Assembly (NCBI RefSeq): GCF_900083515.1
Contig: NZ_LT671858.1
Location: forward strand, 1,050,001 to 1,082,000
Direction of reading: 5' to 3'
DNA from: Cuniculiplasma divulgatum
GTDB taxonomy: Archaea; Thermoplasmatota; Thermoplasmata; Thermoplasmatales; Thermoplasmataceae
DNA: 32,000 nucleotides
The notes under the pieces are model-generated. The model saw only the letters and a program-made list of their open reading frames with translations. It searched no databases and was not told the DNA's origin. Numbering within the stretch: the stretch's first letter is position 1; each line of letters starts with the position of its first letter. Both the position numbers and the translations under genes were made by a program. Positions 8,061 to 16,987 of this stretch are shown here, one piece after another.

Positions 8061-9690
8061 AAAGAATGTCCTTAAGAATGCCATCGAACACGATGGTAGG
8101 GCAGAACTAAAGAGCGTAGTTAATAAATTACTTGGTTCCTATCCAGAACTCCGATCCTCGATCAAGGATCTGATGGCAGATATCAATCTGAGTATTTCAA
8201 AGATAAATTCTATGAGCATCGAGGAACAGATTTCTCTTGCCAATGAGAAATATAGTGATATCCTTATAGTTGAAAAGAAGAATGAGGAACATCACCTACC
8301 AGATCTTAAAAATGTAAAGGGTAAAGTTGTGATGAGGATGGCACCATCCCCCTCTGGACCACTCCATATTGGTCACAGCAGGATGTTGATTTTAAATGAT
8401 GAATATGTGAAAAGATACGGTGGAGAATTAATTCTCAGAATAGAAGATACAAATCCAAATAATATATATCCTCAGGCTTATGACATGATCCAGGAAGATA
8501 CCAGATGGCTTGACGTAAACTTCACACAGTTTGTTATACAATCAGAGAGGATGGAACTTTATTATAAGAGGGCGAGAGAATTAATCCTGATGGGAAAGGC
8601 CTATATTTGTAAATGCAGAGTTGAAGATTTCAAAAGAGACCTTATGGAATCAAAAGCATGTCCCCATAGGAATCTTCCACCAGAGATGATGGTTGAACAA
8701 TTTGACCAGATTATAACAGGACATGATAAGGACTTAAAGCCTGTTCTTGTTATAAAAACTGACTTAAACCATCCCAATCCTGCGGTTAGGGACTGGATTG
8801 CATTCAGGGTTATAGAAACCCCACATCCTCATACTGGTAAGAAATACAGATTCTATCCTCTGATGAATTTCAGCGTGGCTGTGGACGACCATGAACTGGA
8901 ATTGACACATGTAATAAGAGGGATGGATCATCTAAACAATACGGAAAGACAAAAATATATTTTCAACTACTTTAAATGGGACATACCAGAATATTTTCAC
9001 TACGGTCTCATCAATATACAGGACGCCATACTGAGTACTACATCAATGAGGAAGGGTATTGAAGCGGGCGAATACAGAGGATGGGATGATGTTAGGCTCG
9101 CAACTCTCCTGGCCCTAAGAAGAAGAGGGTACCAGAAAGAAACCTTTAGAAAATACTGGATAGATTCTGGCCTGAATGATGTAAACTCAGATTTCTCATG
9201 GGAAATATTCAACTCAATGAACAGGCAATTCATAGATCACTCTGCAAACCGTTATTTCTTTGTCTCTGATCCGGTGAAGGTAAAGATCAATGGTTCTCCT
9301 GAAACAGAATCAATGATACCTCTCTATCCTAAAGAATCTGAAAGGGGATTTAGGAAATACAGTCTTGATAAGGATCAGACCCTTTATCTGCAGAAATCTG
9401 ACATTAACGATGCAAAGGAGAATGATACAGTTAGGCTAAAAGATCTGTATAATATAATCTATAAAGACGGAGCCTGGCATTATCTTGATTCTGAAAATAA
9501 GACCAGAAGAAAAATCATTCACTGGGTGAAGGACGATTCTCCGGAATTTGAAGTTTATAAACCAGATGGTACAACTGATAGAGGTTTCATAGAATCTGAT
9601 GCAGTAAAAGCAAATGGGATAGTACAATTTGAGAGATATGCATTTGTGAACAAGACATCGGAAAGATATGCACTATATCTGCATAAGTGA
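8035..9690 (+). CDS. gltX: Glutamyl-tRNA synthetase, archaeal type
   Basis: The class I HIGH motif is present (SPSGPLHIGHSR), with archaeal/eukaryal GluRS length and layout (551 aa). The GTG start at 8035 has AAGGAG 4 nt upstream and overlaps the NOG1 3' end by 26 nt. Confidence 0.85.
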   Translation: MNSLNTDIEKNVLKNAIEHDGRAELKSVVNKLLGSYPELRSSIKDLMADINLSISKINSMSIEEQISLANEKYSDILIVEKKNEEHHLPDLKNVKGKVVMRMAPSPSGPLHIGHSRMLILNDEYVKRYGGELILRIEDTNPNNIYPQAYDMIQEDTRWLDVNFTQFVIQSERMELYYKRARELILMGKAYICKCRVEDFKRDLMESKACPHRNLPPEMMVEQFDQIITGHDKDLKPVLVIKTDLNHPNPAVRDWIAFRVIETPHPHTGKKYRFYPLMNFSVAVDDHELELTHVIRGMDHLNNTERQKYIFNYFKWDIPEYFHYGLINIQDAILSTTSMRKGIEAGEYRGWDDVRLATLLALRRRGYQKETFRKYWIDSGLNDVNSDFSWEIFNSMNRQFIDHSANRYFFVSDPVKVKINGSPETESMIPLYPKESERGFRKYSLDKDQTLYLQKSDINDAKENDTVRLKDLYNIIYKDGAWHYLDSENKTRRKIIHWVKDDSPEFEVYKPDGTTDRGFIESDAVKANGIVQFERYAFVNKTSERYALYLHK

Positions 9691-9755
9691 AAATAAAAAA
9701 GCATTGAGTTTATTCAAAGCCAGTTTCCTTTCCAATTTTTATATAAATAGATGTT

Positions 9756-10160
9756 TTAACCTATATTTATTGAAATGTCTCCTTCCTTAACGTAATATGC
9801 TATTGCACCCAGTATTATGAATATAGGGCCAATATAGAATCCTGCATGAATTATTAGCAGAACTATTCCGAGAATTAGAAGAACTATACTGTTATGTTTT
9901 CTGTCACTGTTTCCTACCTTAAGTTTCTCACCGTAAGAGATAGAAATTGCAGACAAAATTATCTGTAACAGAAAAATTGCTACAATAAATCCAAAGGCAT
10001 CCGGGAAAATAGAAAGATTTCCTGTAACTCTAACAATACCTCCATTAAGTGAGGCCGCACCGATTATGATTGCAACTATAAGTTCCAAGACACCTGCAAT
10101 TATTCCTATTACTGCACCGATAAAAATTGCCAGACTCTTGAGATCATTAGTAATCTTCAT
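9756..10160 (-). CDS. Small multi-pass membrane protein, paralog A
   Basis: 134 aa with about 4 hydrophobic segments. The C-terminal block LILGIVLLIIHAGFYIGPIFIILGAIAYYVKEGDI aligns with the neighbouring ORF. Confidence 0.6.
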   Translation of the reverse strand: MKITNDLKSLAIFIGAVIGIIAGVLELIVAIIIGAASLNGGIVRVTGNLSIFPDAFGFIVAIFLLQIILSAISISYGEKLKVGNSDRKHNSIVLLILGIVLLIIHAGFYIGPIFIILGAIAYYVKEGDISINIG

Positions 10161-10289
10161 TATTTATAATAACGTCTCATTATAAAATATTTTTCTACAT
10201 ACAAATTAAACATTGGTTTTACAAAAAATTTGTAGAGTTAATTTATAAACTTCTAATAGGTTTATTAAGTAATTGCTGGAGGACTGCCC

Positions 10290-10706
10290 TCAATCCCTGA
10301 CGATTATATCCCCTTCCTTGGCAAAAAATGCAAAACCACCCAGTATAATTAATATAGAACCAATGTAATCCCCTGCTCCAAAGGAGAATAAAATTATACC
10401 AATTATGAGTATGGCCATTCCATTTCTTCCACTCAACTTAGCATTTTTAAATGAATTTTTCGCAAATTTAACTGCTATTATTACTAATATCACACTTAAG
10501 AGTAATAAAATCAACATAATCACAATGGTATGTTCTACTGACAATACAGCTTCCTCTGTCGGATTTATAAAAGGACCACCTGAAAAATAGTTTGTTATGT
10601 AATCATATTGAATAATATAGTTAATAAAACTTATAATTCCCCAGATAATGATAAATAGTGATCCTATCAACACTGAATAATATTTAGTGCTGTTTTCAAT
10701 CTTCAT
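10290..10706 (-). CDS. Small multi-pass membrane protein, paralog B
   Basis: 138 aa. The C-terminal block ILIIGIILFSFGAGDYIGSILIILGGFAFFAKEGDI is homologous to paralog A. Confidence 0.6.
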   Translation of the reverse strand: MKIENSTKYYSVLIGSLFIIIWGIISFINYIIQYDYITNYFSGGPFINPTEEAVLSVEHTIVIMLILLLLSVILVIIAVKFAKNSFKNAKLSGRNGMAILIIGIILFSFGAGDYIGSILIILGGFAFFAKEGDIIVRD

Positions 10707-10834
10707 ATATTAAGAATGAACCTCAGTTAATAAATTTTGCTTTAAGTTCAATTTACTAAGTTTCTTTACATATAACTAAGTTCTGAAACTCATTATTAGA
10801 GTGTTTTAAATAAAATGTACGTATATGATTGACA

Positions 10835-11329
10835 ATGGATAGGGAATTGGCAAGAAAGCTTATTTCAGTAGTTTCACAGGAAAAAAAGAATGCGAGATCT
10901 ATTTCTGGCAAGGATATTGTTAATATTCTGGTTTACAAAAGGAAATTTTTAAAGGAAGAAAGTTCGGTAAGGTTTGAAGATGAATGTGTCAGGGAAGGAC
11001 TACTTTCAAGAGAAGGAGATAGTTTTCTCATCAACTTCAATGCTCCTGCGGAACATGTTCCAATCGATCTGGTAATAGATGAGGAGGAACTTTTCCAGGA
11101 GCAAACCAGGGATGCTTCTTATCTAGACAGATTGCTCAATGCTGTAGTTGCCTCGGGTAAATTAACAAAAAAAGAAGCTCTGGAAAGGTCAAAGAAGCAG
11201 CTTGAAAACTTAAAATATGTTAACATGACAATAAGGCTTTGTTCACTTATGAACGATCTATATATTGATTATTCTGACATTAAAAAAGATATGGAAAGAG
11301 ATATCTTTAACCTTATTTCTCTCCCTTAA
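10835..11329 (+). CDS. Conserved-looking archaeal hypothetical protein (possibly DUF2240-like)
   Basis: Long ORF with coding-like composition. The ATG at 10835 lies ~26 nt downstream of TTTTAAATAAAA. The family assignment is from memory only and is weak. Confidence 0.45.
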   Translation: MDRELARKLISVVSQEKKNARSISGKDIVNILVYKRKFLKEESSVRFEDECVREGLLSREGDSFLINFNAPAEHVPIDLVIDEEELFQEQTRDASYLDRLLNAVVASGKLTKKEALERSKKQLENLKYVNMTIRLCSLMNDLYIDYSDIKKDMERDIFNLISLP

Positions 11330-12059
11330 ATTTTTCAGCTAAATCTCTTGCCCTTCCGATGTCCTCGTTCTCCATTGCAAGATCTATCGACACATCGTAT
11401 AGGTAGGAAATAACGTCCTTAAATTCCTCCTTATCTTTCTTTGTCTTGAATGAGTTCAGGGTTGCCTCGGCCTTATCTATATTCTCGGTTGATAACTTGT
11501 TTGCATCCTCCATTTTGTCCCTGTCTCTTAGTAGCTTTATGAGACTTACACAGGCTTCATAATATATCTCCCAGATTTTCTCCTTCTCTGATTCCTGCAT
11601 GATTTCTTTATATATTTTCGTGGCCTCCTCTGTATTTTTTATGTCCTCAGCAAGAATGTCGGCAAGAGCATTCTTAAGTGACAGAGTAAGGCTTATGTCC
11701 TCAAGTTGATCAGCAACTTCCATTGCCTCTTTAAGTGTTTTTTCTGCATTTTCCAGGCTACCAGCCTCATCCTGCAAATATGCAAGATTCATCATTTCAA
11801 GAGCAAGAATCTCTGGTTGTTCCAGCTCTGCTCTGATCTTGAGTGACTCAATAAGATTGGAAATGGCATTCTCTGTTTTCACACCTTCTTTTCCATAATA
11901 AGCCTCTGAAATCTTGCTCAGAATATCTGCCTTAAATTCCTTCTGATCACCGGCCTTCTCAAGCATTCCTTTGAGGGCAGTTAAGGCATCTGCATATTTC
12001 TCCTTATTCATTAGCTTTTCAACTTGCTTCATACCAGAATCGTATTCACTTTTATCCAT
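11313..12059 (-). CDS. Acidic TPR-like helical repeat protein
   Basis: Repeated A/L/Y-rich helical pairs (YADALTALKGMLEKA, AYYGKEG, LAYLQDEAGSLENAEKTLKEA, and others). The preferred start is the ATG at 12059, with GGTGA 5 nt upstream inside the last hmgA codons and 1 nt after the hmgA stop. Confidence 0.6.
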   Translation of the reverse strand: MDKSEYDSGMKQVEKLMNKEKYADALTALKGMLEKAGDQKEFKADILSKISEAYYGKEGVKTENAISNLIESLKIRAELEQPEILALEMMNLAYLQDEAGSLENAEKTLKEAMEVADQLEDISLTLSLKNALADILAEDIKNTEEATKIYKEIMQESEKEKIWEIYYEACVSLIKLLRDRDKMEDANKLSTENIDKAEATLNSFKTKKDKEEFKDVISYLYDVSIDLAMENEDIGRARDLAEKFKGEK

Positions 12060-12060
12060 A

Positions 12061-13332
12061 TTATTCACCTTTCATTAATTTATCAAGAATTACCCTTGCA
12101 TTAGTCATATTAATCGAACCAGATTTAACCAGCATTTCGGCAACTTTCTCAATATTATCACCAGTGGCTCCTACTGCCATCGCTAAATTTTTGGAGTGGA
12201 GAGCCATATGACCTTTCTGTATTCCCTCATCACTTAAAGCCCTCATTGCGGCGAAATTTTGTGCGAGTCCTACACAGGCCAGCACTTCTTCGAGTTCTCT
12301 GGCGTCTTTAATATCCAGAATCTTTTGACAGATTTTTGCCTTTGGAATGCTAGCAGAGGTGCCTCCAACGGTGCCCACACTTACTGGTATCTCAATTGAT
12401 CCTATTATATCTCCATTGTTATCCAGTTCATAATGCGTGAGAGAGCCGTATGAACCTTTTATTGCTGCATATGCATGCGCATTAGCCTCAGCTTGTCTCC
12501 AGTCGTTCATGATTGCAAGTAATACTGCATCGATTCCATTCATAATACCCTTGTTATGTGTAGCAGCTCTGAATATATCTTCCTCGGCTAGCCTTGCTGC
12601 GTGAATGAATCTCTCAACCACCTCAGGACCACCAATTGCATCTTTCCTGAATGTTGCATATGCTCTGACAATTCTTAGAGGTGAAAGATTGCTAAGGATC
12701 TTAAGTACAACAGTACCTCCTGTGATTGCTTCCAGAAAAGGCGATACTCTTTCTACCATACTGTTTATAATATTTGCACCCATTGCATCTCCCGTATCGA
12801 TTTCAAGATGTATAATCAGAACATGCTCATCATATTTCACATTATGAAATGTGATCTCTCTGGCACCTTTTCCCAGTTTGCTTAATGTCCTGCTTGCCTC
12901 GTTGGCAATTCGCAATATGTTCTCTCTTTCCATGAGAATTTCCGTCTTGGCTTTTCCTATATCATCGAGATTGGTTAACTGTATCTGGCCATACATAATA
13001 GATGAGGATGCATAGGCCCTGAATCCTCCTGCCATTCTTGCAATCCTTGCACCGTTTGAACATGCTGCTATTACAGAAGGCTCTTCTATGGCCATTGGAA
13101 TAAGATAATCCCTTCCATTAATACTAAAATTTGTTGCAATTCCCATGGGAATTTCCATATTAGAAATATAATTTTCAACCAGTTTTTCTCCGGTTTCCCG
13201 ATTCAGAGAACCGTTGTTCTTCAAAATGGATATTTCCTCATCGTTAAGATGGCAGTAATCCCTTAAAGTCTCTATTCTTTCCTCTGTACTCTTCCTGTAA
13301 AACCCTTTCAATTCTGAATTTTTTACTGGCAT
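12061..13332 (-). CDS. hmgA: Hydroxymethylglutaryl-CoA reductase, class II (bacterial-type)
   Basis: EEPSVIAA, DAMGANIINS, GTVGG and a C-terminal HMALH flap-like region. The EEPSV(I/V)AA signature belongs to class II enzymes (class I has TTEGxLVAS). 423 aa. Confidence 0.85.
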   Translation of the reverse strand: MPVKNSELKGFYRKSTEERIETLRDYCHLNDEEISILKNNGSLNRETGEKLVENYISNMEIPMGIATNFSINGRDYLIPMAIEEPSVIAACSNGARIARMAGGFRAYASSSIMYGQIQLTNLDDIGKAKTEILMERENILRIANEASRTLSKLGKGAREITFHNVKYDEHVLIIHLEIDTGDAMGANIINSMVERVSPFLEAITGGTVVLKILSNLSPLRIVRAYATFRKDAIGGPEVVERFIHAARLAEEDIFRAATHNKGIMNGIDAVLLAIMNDWRQAEANAHAYAAIKGSYGSLTHYELDNNGDIIGSIEIPVSVGTVGGTSASIPKAKICQKILDIKDARELEEVLACVGLAQNFAAMRALSDEGIQKGHMALHSKNLAMAVGATGDNIEKVAEMLVKSGSINMTNARVILDKLMKGE

Positions 13333-13451
13333 AAAATGAAGACCTTTTCCAAAAATAGCTAAAACGTATTAAACGCTTTGGTTGGTTTTTCACTTTACAC
13401 TTTACCTTATAGAAATATGAATTTTAACAATTTAATAAATGATTTAAAAAA

Positions 13452-14708
13452 TTACTGTGTTATCTGGGATGGAAGTTTCTTAGCAAATGGCTTGATCATT
13501 ATGTTTGTAATAATAGAAAGAACAAGGAATGAAAGCATTAAGATAAATGATAATTCCATTGAAATTTTTAGCGTCTCAAATAGAGTTGTGAATATTAATA
13601 TTCCAAAGGCTCCTCCAACTGTATTCCCTATACCCCAAGCCCATGTGTTTGCCCTGGTTGATACTTCCTTCGGTATTTTTTGATTCAGGAAACCAAGAAT
13701 TGATGGGAAACCGGTAAATGCTCCAAAGGCATAAATTGAAAAGAATATCAGAGATAGAACATAATTCTGTGAAAAATAAAGGAATGGAAGGAAAGCCAGC
13801 AATGATAGAACGCCTGCAAAGAGTAATGTGAAATCTCCCCCTTTTCTTCTAGTTAATTGTCCGAATATAGGTTGACCTACTATGGGTGTTACCAAAGCTA
13901 CCGCAAGGAATAAAAATGACAAAAAGCTACTTTTAAAGATTCCATCAATGTATGTAAATGCATAAGTAGAGATTGCCAGCTGAAAGGCAGACCTGAGAAA
14001 GAGTGTGACTGTCAATATGGCAAGAAATCCTCTAACTCCCGGCAGTGATTTCATCCTAACAAGCTCTTTCCTCTCTATTACAGCTTCCATTCTCTTTTCG
14101 CGGTAAGTTTCTGATTTTCTTAAATTTCTTGACATTATGTAAATGACTATAGCAACTACGAAATAGTACAGAGAAAGATAGAACAATCCCCTAAAAGCTC
14201 CATAATCTACTATCATAATACCAACTATAATGAGGATTACAGCCCTTCCAATGCTACCAAATGAACCATTTATTCCAAGTAAGAATGATGAATCTCTTCC
14301 CTTAAGTGAATATCTTAATATATCAGCACCAAGTGGATGATAAAATGCCTGCCCCAGTCCGAGGATGAATGCACCCAATCCAACTACAAGATATTTGGTC
14401 AGTATTGCCATAGATGATGAAAAAAGGAACGGGATAGAAAATGTAACTAGCGATATGGCAAGTAAGAGTATTCCCAGTGACATGAGCTCCGGATCTCTAT
14501 CACCTGAATCTGACCATCTACCAACTGGAATGCTAAGTATTCCCGAAACAAAAACATATATAGTTGCGAAATAACCCAGAATTGTTATATTCAAACCAAG
14601 GGATGGTTCTGAATAATACACTATTAAGGAAGAAAACAACAGGAATACTCCATCGTTTGATAGATGGGCAAGAGAAGTACTCGAAAGTGCTTTTAATTCA
14701 GTTTTCAT
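13452..14708 (-). CDS. MFS transporter
   Basis: About 12 hydrophobic segments and a GRWSD loop between TM2 and TM3. The start was moved to M32 (ATG 14708), which has AAAATATATATC ~30-40 nt upstream. The longer ORF-track version would cover the divergent promoter of the 14834 ORF. Confidence 0.7.
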   Translation of the reverse strand: MKTELKALSSTSLAHLSNDGVFLLFSSLIVYYSEPSLGLNITILGYFATIYVFVSGILSIPVGRWSDSGDRDPELMSLGILLLAISLVTFSIPFLFSSSMAILTKYLVVGLGAFILGLGQAFYHPLGADILRYSLKGRDSSFLLGINGSFGSIGRAVILIIVGIMIVDYGAFRGLFYLSLYYFVVAIVIYIMSRNLRKSETYREKRMEAVIERKELVRMKSLPGVRGFLAILTVTLFLRSAFQLAISTYAFTYIDGIFKSSFLSFLFLAVALVTPIVGQPIFGQLTRRKGGDFTLLFAGVLSLLAFLPFLYFSQNYVLSLIFFSIYAFGAFTGFPSILGFLNQKIPKEVSTRANTWAWGIGNTVGGAFGILIFTTLFETLKISMELSFILMLSFLVLSIITNIMIKPFAKKLPSQITQ

Positions 14709-14833
14709 GAGACATAGGTATTTCAAAACTGTATTTAGAGATATATATTTTGTAGGCAAAGGAACGCTTGTTACCTGTAGATCATTATTGAAGAGTTCCA
14801 AAGAATATTATAGGTAATCTAATTACAGGTTTA

Positions 14834-14995
14834 ATGGCGGATAGATTGGCAGAAGTTGAAATATCCAAAGATGGTGACGTATATCAGGCTAGGATAACAT
14901 TACCTTCCGGTGAAGTTGTCAACCTTGAGAATGAACAATTTGAGGATATTTTAGAGCAGATAGCAAACGATCTTGGAGAAAGATTCTCCAATTAA
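14834..14995 (+). CDS. Small acidic hypothetical protein, 53 aa (MADRLAEVEISKDGDVYQARITLPSGEVVNLENEQFEDILEQIANDLGERFSN)
   Basis: Not in the ORF track because it is under 60 aa. The ATG lies 26 nt downstream of AATATTATAG (14804-14813), which is leaderless geometry. The amino-acid composition is balanced, not low-complexity. Confidence 0.45.
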   Translation: MADRLAEVEISKDGDVYQARITLPSGEVVNLENEQFEDILEQIANDLGERFSN

Positions 14996-15003
14996 TGAAA
15001 AAT

Positions 15004-15086
15004 GCGAGGATGGCCCAGCGGTACGGCGGCAGCCTGCTAAGCTGTTTTTCCTATGGAAAGCGTGGGTTCGAATCCCACTCCTCGCG
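15004..15086 (+). tRNA. tRNA-Ser (anticodon GCU)
   Basis: Manual fold: acceptor GCGAGGA/UCCUCGC, anticodon stem GCAGC/GCUGU, loop CUGCUAA, long variable arm UUUCC-UAU-GGAAA, T arm GUGGG-UUCGAAU-CCCAC, discriminator G. No CCA is encoded. Confidence 0.9.
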
Positions 15087-15157
15087 TCTAATGATAATTT
15101 TTTATTAGAAGTTAATCTACAATAACTGTACCTTTTACACGAAACTATAAATGATGG

Positions 15158-16858
15158 TTATGTCCTTCTTTCATTTCTCTCCACTAATTCTCTTCTCAGC
15201 ACTTTTCCCACAAGACTTTTAGGAAGTGAGTCTACAAATTCAACGCGCTTTGGTATTTTGTAAATTGCCAGTTTCTCCGAGCAATATGAAATCACCTCTT
15301 TTTCAGTTAAATTCTGGTCTTTCTTGAGCACAATATAAGCTTTAACCGTTTCTCCACGATGCGGATCCTTTATTCCTATGACAGCAGCATCTTCAATTTT
15401 CCCATTCTTAAGTAATACTTCTTCGATCTCTCTAGGATATATATTATATCCACCAGCGATTATCATATCTTTCTTTCTGTCTATTATATGAATGTATCCC
15501 TCCTCATCTACAAACCCTATGTCACCAGTGTATAGCCATCCATCGCGAAGCACCTGATCAGTTTCTTCTTTCTTATTCAGATAACCAAGCATGACCTGCG
15601 GGCCCTTTACCGTTATTTCTCCAGATTCCCCCATATCTATAACTTTGGTTCCAGTTTCAATATCTACAATCCTGATTGATGTATTTGGGATCGGGAATCC
15701 AACTGTTCCTCTCTTTCTCTTTGAAGGATCTACAGGGGTTATAGTAACAACAGGTGAAGATTCAGATAAGCCATATCCTTCTATTATTATGATATTCGTA
15801 AGGGAAGTGAACTGACTTTCTAGTTCCTCTGGCATAGGAGCTGCACCTGAAAAAAGCAATGAAGTGTTTGACAGGGCCTTTTTATCTCCCTTAAGGTTTT
15901 TCATTATGGAATGATACATTGTTGGAATTCCAGGGAATGTAATATTTTTTCCTTTTTTCATAGTACTGATTATAAGTTTTGTATTTCTTGGGTCCGGTAT
16001 AATTGTTATGGGCATTCCGTTAAAAATTGGGAAAAGCATAGCTGTCATCATACCATAGACATGAAAAAATGGGATAGCAGCAAGGACCTCTGCATTTTTT
16101 TTATAGTTTTCAGGAACCCATTCATTGATCTGATATACATTGGAGATTAAATTCTGATGTGTTAAGATTGCACCCTTTGGCGTCCCTGTTGTTCCACCTG
16201 TATACTGTATTATGGCTGGTGTTGTTGAAGGTTCTATCTTTGCTTCTCCATTTTCTATTTTTCCCTTTTTATAGAATTTATATAGAATTATATCCTTGTT
16301 TAGCTGAATTTTTACCTTGCCTTTTTTAAACACTCTCCCTAAATTGTATAAACCCCTTATTGCACCTGGAAGGTAATCCTGAATTTTACAGAAAATTATC
16401 TTGTTTAGATATTTCTTATAAAGTGTTGCAATCCTTTCGTAAAAATCATCAAGGGTAATTATGACATCTGAACCAGAATCAGATAGTTCATTACTGATTT
16501 CAAAGCTTGTATAGAGTGGGTTTATTTGGACTACTACTGCTCCTATCTTGCAAATAGCAAAGAACATAATCACATATGCAGGAGAATTTGGCAACATTAT
16601 GCCCACTCTATCACTGGGTTTTATTCCATTTGCCTTCAAAAATTCTGCTGCATCATCAACCATATCTTTCAGTTCTGAGAACGTGTACTGTTTTCCAATA
16701 AACTTTAGTGATATCTTATTCGGATTCCTTAATACAACATCCTGCAAGACTGAATAGAGGGTTCTTTCGGGGATGCTCAATTCGCGTCTTGTCCCTCCTG
16801 GATAATTCTTTTTCCATAATTCTTCCATATGCTGCAATATTGATGTCTCGTCTTCCAT
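15158..16858 (-). CDS. AMP-dependent acyl-CoA synthetase/ligase (FadD-like)
   Basis: AMP-binding motif YTGGTTGTPKGAILTH, then GYGLSE, then YTGDIG...GYIHIIDRKKD. 566 aa. Confidence 0.85.
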   Translation of the reverse strand: MEDETSILQHMEELWKKNYPGGTRRELSIPERTLYSVLQDVVLRNPNKISLKFIGKQYTFSELKDMVDDAAEFLKANGIKPSDRVGIMLPNSPAYVIMFFAICKIGAVVVQINPLYTSFEISNELSDSGSDVIITLDDFYERIATLYKKYLNKIIFCKIQDYLPGAIRGLYNLGRVFKKGKVKIQLNKDIILYKFYKKGKIENGEAKIEPSTTPAIIQYTGGTTGTPKGAILTHQNLISNVYQINEWVPENYKKNAEVLAAIPFFHVYGMMTAMLFPIFNGMPITIIPDPRNTKLIISTMKKGKNITFPGIPTMYHSIMKNLKGDKKALSNTSLLFSGAAPMPEELESQFTSLTNIIIIEGYGLSESSPVVTITPVDPSKRKRGTVGFPIPNTSIRIVDIETGTKVIDMGESGEITVKGPQVMLGYLNKKEETDQVLRDGWLYTGDIGFVDEEGYIHIIDRKKDMIIAGGYNIYPREIEEVLLKNGKIEDAAVIGIKDPHRGETVKAYIVLKKDQNLTEKEVISYCSEKLAIYKIPKRVEFVDSLPKSLVGKVLRRELVERNERRT

Positions 16859-16987
16859 TTCATTTACACTATACTCATGTATAATTTTAACTCTTATGTT
16901 AGTTTATATTGATTTTATTATATTAAGACTTATAAAACTGATATAATAGGTACTGAACTTAAATATCAAGAAATAGTATATTTAAAA

